Shown one piece after another: positions 55,340 through 62,296 of a stretch of 62,296 bases of DNA (its first letter is position 1; each line of letters starts with the position of its first letter). The stretch covers positions 1 through 62,296 of IMG/VR virus record IMGVR_UViG_3300048894_000062; one strand, written 5' to 3'. The position numbers were made by a program, and so were the translations under genes. Source of the stretch: a virus. Taxonomy: Duplodnaviria; Caudoviricetes. The notes beneath the pieces were generated by a model. It made no database searches, had not been told where the DNA came from, and was given only the letters and a program-made list of their open reading frames with translations.

Positions 55340-56344
55340 ATGGCTCGTAAAGGTTCAAGCAACGCAGCGATCATGGAATCCGAGGCACTGACGCCTGAGG
55401 AATCAAAACTGATGGACGACAATCGTCAGGCCGAGTTCAGCATTCCGGAGCCAGAACCGGCGGCACCGGTCACAAAAACCGCTCCAGAACCCACTCCGGA
55501 GCCGGAAACCATAGAAACCACCGAGCCGGATGACGTTCCGGTAGCAGAAACACCTCCGGAAAAGCGCCGGATGGTGGATTACGGGGCTCTCCACGAAGAG
55601 CGCGAGCGCCGCAAGGCTGCGGACAAGGAAAAGGCCGAACTGGCGCGTCAGTTGGCGACGATCACGGGCCGGTTTTCCACGCTGGAAGAGCTTGCCAAGG
55701 CTGCGGCTGCCCAGACCCAGCCAAAACCGCAGATTCCGGACGTAAATTCGGACCCGGTGGCGCATTTTCAGGCTGAATTGCGGGCCAGAGACGAGAAAAT
55801 CGCCCAGTTCGAGAACTGGCAGCGCCAGCAGCAGCAGCAGGCCGAGCAGGCGCAGCAGATCAATCAGATCAGGGCCATCGCTTCCCAGCAGGAGGCCGAG
55901 TTCGCAAAGGAGACGCCCGACTATCAGGAGGCTGCGACTTACGTTCAGCAGGCCCGTCTGAATCAGTTGCGCGTCCTTCGCGTGCCAAATCCAGAGCAGG
56001 CCGTAGCACAGGAAGCCCTTCAGCTTGCCGTGAATGCGCTTCAGCAGGGGGTCAACCCGGCGCAGATGGTCTACGAATACGCCAAGACAGTCGGGTGGGC
56101 ACCGAAAGTTGCTGCGCCCACTCCATCCCAGCCAGCCCCAGCCGCTCCCAAGCCTGCGGCTCCCGCAGCAGGAGCCAAGAAGCTTGAAACGGTGGCGAAG
56201 GGTCAGGCCGCGAACGCCTCTCTAAGCCAACTGAACGGATCAGCTTCTCCAGAAACGACCATCGAGTCTGTTCTGAAGATGAGCGACGAAGAGTTTGCCA
56301 AGTGGGCGACGCCAGAAAATTGGCGTGCGATGGCAGGCACCTAA
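55340..56344 (+). CDS. Scaffolding protein
   Basis: Acidic/Pro N-terminus, V...ALHEERERRK, coiled coil, MSDEEF; between portal and capsid. Confidence 0.85.
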   Translation: MARKGSSNAAIMESEALTPEESKLMDDNRQAEFSIPEPEPAAPVTKTAPEPTPEPETIETTEPDDVPVAETPPEKRRMVDYGALHEERERRKAADKEKAELARQLATITGRFSTLEELAKAAAAQTQPKPQIPDVNSDPVAHFQAELRARDEKIAQFENWQRQQQQQAEQAQQINQIRAIASQQEAEFAKETPDYQEAATYVQQARLNQLRVLRVPNPEQAVAQEALQLAVNALQQGVNPAQMVYEYAKTVGWAPKVAAPTPSQPAPAAPKPAAPAAGAKKLETVAKGQAANASLSQLNGSASPETTIESVLKMSDEEFAKWATPENWRAMAGT

Positions 56345-56404
56345 TTGATTGGCGAGTCGGATCGGCACATGATTCGACTAACAGCAAGGCGATTCGCTAA
56401 AGGA

Positions 56405-56428
56405 AAAGGGCCCCGGTTCAGGGGCCCC
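56405..56428 (-). terminator. Terminator hairpin for the antisense gene
   Basis: GGGCCCC-6nt-GGGGCCC with TTTT following on the minus strand. Confidence 0.5.
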
Positions 56429-56678
56429 AGTTTGTTGACCTCTGTGCTGCCATCCCCTCCAATGCTGCCTTCAATTTTCGCGGTCTTGCTGGACCTTTTT
56501 CAAATTCTTCTTCGATTTGCTTGGCATCCCGCTCAACTTCTTCCTGCTTGCGACGCAACCTGGCGCGCGCGTCTTCAAGCTCTTTTGGATGATCTGTCTG
56601 GAGAAAGCGCGCGACCGATTCGTCAAACTCGGTTTCGATCACCTTCTTGGCGGCGGGACTCTTCTTACGTTTTTTCAT
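56418..56678 (-). CDS. Small charged protein oriented against the head operon
   Basis: MKKRKK..FDESVARFLQTD.PKELE; own terminator. Confidence 0.45.
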   Translation of the reverse strand: MKKRKKSPAAKKVIETEFDESVARFLQTDHPKELEDARARLRRKQEEVERDAKQIEEEFEKGPARPRKLKAALEGMAAQRSTNWGP

Positions 56679-56965
56679 GCGGTCAATGCCCTGTAGGTCA
56701 GACGGCCTTCCGAACCGGCAATATATAGGTACCATTAAAAACACACTTGCATCTGGTAAATCTTTGGCGCAAGAATACGGCGTATCCACAGCGATGATCA
56801 GCATGATCAGGACTGGGAAACGCTATTCGTGAGGTTGGCCACGTCAGCGCCACCAAGCTTCGGACGCGCACCGGTATCGCGCAGTTCGCGGTTCTCCAGC
56901 GAGATTGGGGAGTGTCGGCGGTAGCCATTTGGCGTCCGCTCTAACCCAACTCAGGAGTATGTGTC

Positions 56966-58027
56966 ACGGCGGCTACGAATTATGGCGTGAACGATCCACT
57001 TGCTGTGAAGCTTTGGTCTAAAAAGCTGAGCGTGGAAGTTCTCAAAGAGACGTGGATTATGAATTTTGCTGGCACCAATAGTGACAGCATGGTCCAGATC
57101 AAAGATGAGACCCAAAAATCCGCTGGCGATAAAATTACATATGGACTTCGTATGCAATTGGTTGCCGCAGGTACTCTCGGAGACGGTACGCTAGAGGGTA
57201 ATGAGGAGTCTCTGGTAACTTACAGCGATTCCATCCTCATCAACCAGCTTCGCAACGCGGTTCGTTCGGCTGGACGTATGTCTCAGCAGCGCGTTCCGTT
57301 CTCGGTTCGCGATGAAGCCCTCTCCGGCCTTCGCGATTGGTACGCTGACCGCTTCGACAATGCCGGTTTCAACCAGCTTTGCGGCTACACTCCGCAGGCT
57401 GACGTTCGCTACACTGGCAACAACGCCACCATCGGCGTTGACTCGTCCCACCAAAAGTTCACCAACAACACGGCTGACCAGTCGATCACATCGACCGGCA
57501 CATTCACCCTCACCATCATTGACGGTGCGGTTGAAGCGGCCAAGACGCTCACCCCGGCAATTCGCCCGGTACGCACGGCAGGCAAGGAATACTACATCGG
57601 CTTCATGCATCCGTATCAGGTAACTGATATGCGTATCTCGACCTCCACGGGTCAGTGGCTCGACATTCAGAAGGCCGCAATGACCGGTGGTGAGGTTGAC
57701 GACAACCCGATCTTCGACGGCTCGCTTGGCGTCTATAACGGCGTCATCCTGCACTCGGATTATCGTGTCACGCAGGGCGTGAACGGTTCGTCCTCCACCT
57801 CTCCCGTGACCGCAGTTCGCCGCGCGATGTTGTGCGGTGCTCAGGCGCTCATGCTTGGGTACGGACGTGACAATGGTCCGGGCCGTTATACGTGGGTCGA
57901 AGAACTCTTCGACTACGAAAACGAACTTGGTGTGTCGGTTGGTTGCATCTACGGCATGAAAAAGACCGTCTTCAACTCTGCGGACTTCGCGGACATTGTT
58001 ATGTCCACGTATGCCGTGGCTCACTAA
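56966..58027 (+). CDS. Major capsid protein (N4-gp56 family-like); probable ACG start
   Basis: TNYGVNDPLAVKLWSKKL..K.AGD.IT..LEGNEE.L..INQLR.AV..MHP.Q..D..NPIF.G..G.YNG..EE.FDY.N. Confidence 0.9.
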   Translation, partial: TAATNYGVNDPLAVKLWSKKLSVEVLKETWIMNFAGTNSDSMVQIKDETQKSAGDKITYGLRMQLVAAGTLGDGTLEGNEESLVTYSDSILINQLRNAVRSAGRMSQQRVPFSVRDEALSGLRDWYADRFDNAGFNQLCGYTPQADVRYTGNNATIGVDSSHQKFTNNTADQSITSTGTFTLTIIDGAVEAAKTLTPAIRPVRTAGKEYYIGFMHPYQVTDMRISTSTGQWLDIQKAAMTGGEVDDNPIFDGSLGVYNGVILHSDYRVTQGVNGSSSTSPVTAVRRAMLCGAQALMLGYGRDNGPGRYTWVEELFDYENELGVSVGCIYGMKKTVFNSADFADIVMSTYAVAH

Positions 58028-58040
58028 GGAGGGCTAGAAC

Positions 58041-58478
58041 ATGGCCAACCAGACCGCAACCGACTACTCGGTCTATCCTCCGCGTTCCGTGCAGGTCGGT
58101 ACGAACCGCATGCACACGAACATTATCACGACCATTTCGGCTTCGGCATCGGACAACCTGTATATGTTCCCGATCCCTCCGGACTGTTTCGTGGTTGGTG
58201 GTGGTATCAAGGCATCAGTGCCTTCCGGTACTTCGGGCAACATCATCCTTGAGATTGGTACGCCAGCGTCTAACACGGCGTTCGGCACCTACACTCTCTC
58301 GGGCACTGCTGTCCTGTCCACCAAGTTCACAACCATGATCTCGCCGGTAACGGTTTCCTCTTCGGGTACGGACGCCCTGACCCCGGTGGTTATCTCGGTT
58401 CTTTCTGCCGCGACTTCCACCACGTCTCTGTCCATCTACCTGCTTCTGGAATACGTTCTTCCGGGGATCATCAACTAA
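58041..58478 (+). CDS. Capsid decoration/cement-like Ser/Thr-rich protein
   Basis: AAGGAGG RBS; directly after the MCP; beta-rich. Confidence 0.65.
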   Translation: MANQTATDYSVYPPRSVQVGTNRMHTNIITTISASASDNLYMFPIPPDCFVVGGGIKASVPSGTSGNIILEIGTPASNTAFGTYTLSGTAVLSTKFTTMISPVTVSSSGTDALTPVVISVLSAATSTTSLSIYLLLEYVLPGIIN

Positions 58479-58485
58479 CGCCCTT

Positions 58486-58509
58486 GGGGCGGCTCTGACA
58501 GGCCGCCCC
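58486..58509 (+). terminator. Hairpin after the capsid genes (weak terminator or stabiliser)
   Basis: GGGGCGGC-TCTGACAG-GCCGCCCC; poor U-tract. Confidence 0.5.
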
Positions 58510-58624
58510 ACCCTCTATTTGCTGCGGTGAGTTTCACCTCCACCTCCGCTCATCCTCCTTGGCTGGTCGCTTAAAGACAGGGGATTGACCACCTCTGGCC
58601 GCAGCAAACTACTTCCGAGGTACA

Positions 58625-59188
58625 GTGAAGCTAGGCATTGGTATCCCTATCCTCACTGATCATGTGCCAGCCGACTTTGCGCTCAGTCTCGCGCAGCTTA
58701 TCGGCAAAATAGCAGTTCCATACATCATCATCAGTCCGCGCGGCAGCATCATCCCAGATGCACGCAATGCCATCGCGGACGCCGCTGTAGAGAATGGGTG
58801 TTCGCACGTTCTGTTCCTCGACAGCGACATGACCGTGCCGGTGACGACAATCATGAGGCTTCTAGGCCATACCAAGCCAATCGTTGGTGCTTATGGCGTG
58901 AAGCGGAAGCTGCCCATCGAGCGATGCGGCAAGCCTCTGGAAGAGTGGAAGCCGTCAGGTCTCATAGAGATGGAAGTCATGGGGATGGCAGTTACGCTAA
59001 TCTCCACCGAGGTATTCAAGCGTCTCTCTAAGCCGTACTTCTCTTGGGACTATGAAAACGGCAAGAGCGTTTCAGAAGACGTTTACTTCTGCCGCAAGGC
59101 CAGAAATGCCGGGCTCAAGCTCTGGTGCGACGTGGATTTGAGCAAAGAGATTGGCCATGTTGGAACTTACACTTATCGGGATAACTGA
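58625..59188 (+). CDS. GT-A (GT2-like) glycosyltransferase
   Basis: I..ARN..HVLFLDSD..G....LI...VF..SED.YFC..GH. Confidence 0.8.
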   Translation: MKLGIGIPILTDHVPADFALSLAQLIGKIAVPYIIISPRGSIIPDARNAIADAAVENGCSHVLFLDSDMTVPVTTIMRLLGHTKPIVGAYGVKRKLPIERCGKPLEEWKPSGLIEMEVMGMAVTLISTEVFKRLSKPYFSWDYENGKSVSEDVYFCRKARNAGLKLWCDVDLSKEIGHVGTYTYRDN

Positions 59189-60489
59189 TGCACCTCGCTG
59201 AAGCGGTCAACAAGGCCATCGAAGCCCATCAGGCAGGCCAGATCGACCAAGCGGCAGCCATCTATGATCAGTTACTCTATCAGTTGGACAAGCCAAACTT
59301 CGAGGTTATTGCCGGGTACGGTTCCATTCTTGTTGCAAAGGAAATGTTCGGCATCGGAATCACGATGCTTCAGACCGCTACTCGCATCAATGAGCGTCAC
59401 CCGCTGGCGTGGACTAATCTCGGAGTGGCTTACAAGTTCATAGGCCGCGACGACCTCGCCATCCAAGCATACGACAAAGCCTATGCGCTTGATCCGAACA
59501 TGCCGGAGGTTCTGGCCGGGATTGCTGGCTATTGGGTCGGCAAGGACGATCCCAAGAAGGTTGAAGACTTCTCGCGCCGGGCTCTTAAACTGGAGAAAAA
59601 CTTCCCAGCAGGGCACATGCATCTTGGCATGGCGCTATTGGAGCAGGGACGGTTTCAGGAGGCATGGCCGCATTATGAGTACCGGTGGGAAACGCCAGAA
59701 CGCTTCCGCGACAAGCGGCCTTATAATGCACCTAAATGGGACGGAGAGCATGTGGACGTTCTCGCCATCCACGGAGAACAAGGTCTTGGAGATGAGATCA
59801 TGTTCATGGGACTTCTCCGACTGGCACAGAAGCGTGTCGGAAGTGTCGTGGTCGAATGTGCAGATCGTCTCATTTCTACCTTTAGGGCCAGCTTCGGAGT
59901 GGCTTGTTACCCCGATCACGCGAGCCTGATCGTAGCCGAAGGCGAACCAGATGCTTACATTTCCATGGGCTCGCTTCCTTTGGTTCTCGGTCTTCCTGAC
60001 GGGAAGCCATATCTAAGACGAAAGATACACAAAGTTGGCGGCAGACCTCGTATCGGTATTGCTTGGAAGGGTGGCACGGCAAGAACCGGAGGCTCAGACC
60101 GCTCTCTGCATTTATCGGCGCTATCTCCTATCCTCAACGCCATTGACGCGACTTTTGTGTCAGTTCAGTACGGCGACGAGTCAGTCGATATAGAGGCCGC
60201 AGGATATGGACTTGAGACGGGGCCGCGTGACTTCGACAGCCTTCACACGCGCATTGCCGGATGCGACTTCATCGTTACGGTCTGCCAGACGGCGCTTCAT
60301 CAGGCGGGAGCCATGGGCGTTCCTTGCGTGGTTCTCACACCCCGTAAGGCTCCTTGGGTTGCCTGCGAAGAAACCTGCCCGTGGTACGAATCCGTAGAGT
60401 TCATTCGCCAACAGGTAGATGGAGACTGGTCACATCCGATTGAGGAAACCGTGGCGCTGCTGAAGGATCGTTACCGTGCAGCAGCCTGA
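59188..60489 (+). CDS. TPR-repeat + GT-B (GT9-like) glycosyltransferase
   Basis: TPRs (AWTNLG..AI.AY.KA..L.P); W..YE.RW..W.G..EQGLGDEIMF; IGIAW.G; SVQYG; H.AGAMG.P; PWY. Confidence 0.85.
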   Translation: MHLAEAVNKAIEAHQAGQIDQAAAIYDQLLYQLDKPNFEVIAGYGSILVAKEMFGIGITMLQTATRINERHPLAWTNLGVAYKFIGRDDLAIQAYDKAYALDPNMPEVLAGIAGYWVGKDDPKKVEDFSRRALKLEKNFPAGHMHLGMALLEQGRFQEAWPHYEYRWETPERFRDKRPYNAPKWDGEHVDVLAIHGEQGLGDEIMFMGLLRLAQKRVGSVVVECADRLISTFRASFGVACYPDHASLIVAEGEPDAYISMGSLPLVLGLPDGKPYLRRKIHKVGGRPRIGIAWKGGTARTGGSDRSLHLSALSPILNAIDATFVSVQYGDESVDIEAAGYGLETGPRDFDSLHTRIAGCDFIVTVCQTALHQAGAMGVPCVVLTPRKAPWVACEETCPWYESVEFIRQQVDGDWSHPIEETVALLKDRYRAAA

Positions 60490-61147
60490 CGTAGTTCTCT
60501 ACTACAACGACTTTGGCCGTCCATATCTGCCGCTTATCGAGCGCATGGTGCAGAGCGCGAAGGCCAAGATGGACTGCCGCACGGTGGTCATGACGATGAC
60601 GCCGAGCAAGAAGCTCTTCAAGCTGTTCGATCATCCCATCCACATCGTCAGTGAGCCGAACGCCAAGACAGTCTGCCTCGACAAAGCAAGGGCCATCGTC
60701 ACCTACATGGCTCAGGCAGATAGACCGTGCATCTTCACTGATCCGGACGTTGAGTTCGTTGGACAGCCTGAGTTCCAGAACGACGCAGATGTTAGGCTTC
60801 TGTGGCGCAAATCTAAGCCATCACAGCCGGTCAATTCTGGGATGATCTTCGCCAAGCCGGGCTCCCCGGAGTTCTGGAAGAGATACGGCAATACGGTTGC
60901 TGGTCTTCCAAGCGTCCTCCATGCTTGGTGGGCCGATCAGTTGGCCCTGTCAGTTATGATTGGCGCTTCTGAGCACAAGGCCGGTGATGTTTTCCGGTGC
61001 CACGACGCGAAAGTCGAACTTCTTGAAGAAAACGACGTGTGTGCTGCGCCTGAGAGAGCAACGGATAAGGCTTTCGCTATCCACTACAAGGGCTGGCGCA
61101 AAGGCGATGGCTGGGAGCAATACTTTCCGAGGAAGTCTGCCGCATGA
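60476..61147 (+). CDS. GT-A nucleotide-diphospho-sugar transferase
   Basis: FTDPD (DxD), VNSGMIF, W.DQ.AL, IHYKG.RK. Confidence 0.75.
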   Translation: MQQPDVVLYYNDFGRPYLPLIERMVQSAKAKMDCRTVVMTMTPSKKLFKLFDHPIHIVSEPNAKTVCLDKARAIVTYMAQADRPCIFTDPDVEFVGQPEFQNDADVRLLWRKSKPSQPVNSGMIFAKPGSPEFWKRYGNTVAGLPSVLHAWWADQLALSVMIGASEHKAGDVFRCHDAKVELLEENDVCAAPERATDKAFAIHYKGWRKGDGWEQYFPRKSAA

Positions 61148-61728
61148 GTATGGTCGTTCGCGAAGTCCCAATTGATGAAGTTGAGCTTTCCGATGAGCGG
61201 CCAATTATCAAGCGGTGGAATGTCATCGCTGGGCTTTGCCAGATACACGGCTATCGTCACGGCGCAGAGCTAGGCGTCTCCAAGGGCAGGTTTACGGCCT
61301 TCCTGTGCTCCAATATGTACGACATGCGTATGATCGCGGTGGACCTCTGGGAGCCGCAGCCATTCGCAAGTGGCGATGGAGCGCAGACCTATGTTGGCTG
61401 GGATCACAACGAGTCTCTTGCCGACTTCAAGGCCATGTGCATCCAGTATTTCCCGCGCCGGGTTCGCATCCTTCGCATGCACACTGTAGAGGCCGCGAAG
61501 CTCATTCCGGATGAATCCTTGGACTTCGTGTTCGTGGATGCGCTTCACACTTATGAAGCATGTAAGGCCGATATCGAAGCATGGTGGCCGAAAATTCGAT
61601 CAGGTGGAATGCTATCTGGGCACGACTACAATCACGACAAGTTCCCGGGCGTTCCTAAGGCCGTAGGCGAGACAGGCCGTCAGACCATCATTCTTCCTGA
61701 CCACGTATGGGTGCAATTCAAGAAATGA
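61144..61728 (+). CDS. Class I SAM-dependent methyltransferase (Methyltransf_24-like)
   Basis: AELGV..G, VDLW, DFVFVDA.H.YE...DI..W..K...GG...GHDY. Confidence 0.85.
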   Translation: MSMVVREVPIDEVELSDERPIIKRWNVIAGLCQIHGYRHGAELGVSKGRFTAFLCSNMYDMRMIAVDLWEPQPFASGDGAQTYVGWDHNESLADFKAMCIQYFPRRVRILRMHTVEAAKLIPDESLDFVFVDALHTYEACKADIEAWWPKIRSGGMLSGHDYNHDKFPGVPKAVGETGRQTIILPDHVWVQFKK

Positions 61729-62296
61729 TCAGAATCTTCATCGGATACGACGAACGGCAACCGGTTGCATATTCGGCTCTCACGCAGAGCCTCATCATGC
61801 ACACGTCAAGACCGCTCTCCATTACGCCGATCATCCTTCGCACCATGCCGATGAAGCGGGCTGGGCTCACGCCATTCACCTACTCGCGCTTCTTGGTGCC
61901 GTATCTGTGCGACTATAAGGGTTGGGCTCTCTTTATCGACGTTGACATGCTTGTCCGCACGGATATTTCCGAGCTTTGGGATATGCGCGATGCACGCATG
62001 GCACTGATGGCGTCGAAGAACACCATGAAGTTCGAACGCGCCAGCCTCATGCTCTTCAACAACGAACTCTGCGATGTTCTGACGCCTCAGTACGTGGAGA
62101 CGGCCAACGATCTTCACTCGCTTGGCTTCCTGCCGGATCACTTGGTTGGTGACTTGCCGAGAGAGTGGAACCATCTGGTCGGCTACGATGAGCCGCGTCC
62201 TGATGCAAAGCTTGTCCACTTCACGCAAGGTGTCCCGATGTTTCCGGAAACCAAGGACTGCGAGTACGCCGAAGAGTGGAAGAAATATGCTCAGAC
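61725..62296 (+). CDS. GT-A (GT8/CDI-like) glycosyltransferase; continues across the junction to 218
   Basis: MIRIFIGYD.R..T.FTYSRFLVPYL..Y.GWALF.D.DM..SLMLFN..LP.EWN.LVG; absent from ORF track because it wraps. Confidence 0.85.
   Translation, partial: MIRIFIGYDERQPVAYSALTQSLIMHTSRPLSITPIILRTMPMKRAGLTPFTYSRFLVPYLCDYKGWALFIDVDMLVRTDISELWDMRDARMALMASKNTMKFERASLMLFNNELCDVLTPQYVETANDLHSLGFLPDHLVGDLPREWNHLVGYDEPRPDAKLVHFTQGVPMFPETKDCEYAEEWKKYAQ
62170..62296. repeat. Terminal direct repeat (copy 2)
   Basis: Identical to 1-127. Confidence 0.97.

Noticed and set aside
47207-61147. C-terminal Ala-Ala ClpXP degrons on TerL, the NusG-like protein and GTs
   Set aside because: Several are explained by GCxGCATGA-type overlaps with the next gene; too weak without statistics
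58625-62296. Gtr-type serotype conversion or DNA glucosylation
   Set aside because: No membrane flippase/transferase, no hydroxymethylase or polymerase, and late-operon location; disfavoured but not excluded
1-62296. Stop-codon reassignment
   Set aside because: Core genes are intact in the standard code, and TAA, TGA and TAG all terminate genes

Overview
Complete, circularly permuted tailed-phage genome. Bases 1-127 are identical to 62170-62296, which gives a 62,169-bp circle, and one glycosyltransferase gene runs across the junction. The gene set is podovirus-like: TerS/TerL, P22-type portal, scaffold, N4-gp56-type major capsid, adaptor/nozzle and three ejection proteins, with no tape measure or sheath. 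A GcrA homologue points to an alphaproteobacterial host. Layout: late/structural operon about 47.2 kb to 15.9 kb (+), led by a NusG/RfaH-like antiterminator; recombination/HNH block 16-22.6 kb (-); mixed early/accessory region 22.7-47.1 kb. I recognised no integrase, CI repressor, DNA polymerase, primase, helicase, tRNA or CRISPR array. Highlights: (1) four glycosyltransferases plus a methyltransferase sit between the capsid and head-completion genes, a candidate virion-glycosylation system; (2) a ~630-nt structured non-coding element has an embedded counter-transcribed small RNA, a DnaA-box-like site and a motif repeated upstream of the Rep-like gene, a candidate plasmid-like RNA-controlled replicon; (3) ACG/CTG start codons are likely for the major capsid, a GNAT-like gene and a DNA methyltransferase; (4) a Tlde1/L,D-transpeptidase-fold protein occupies the endolysin position; (5) there is an ARC/Mpa-like AAA ATPase plus a CobS/CobT-like AAA-VWA pair; (6) a small CAIG-motif protein family is expanded. 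All family assignments come from motif recognition by eye; no searches were run.
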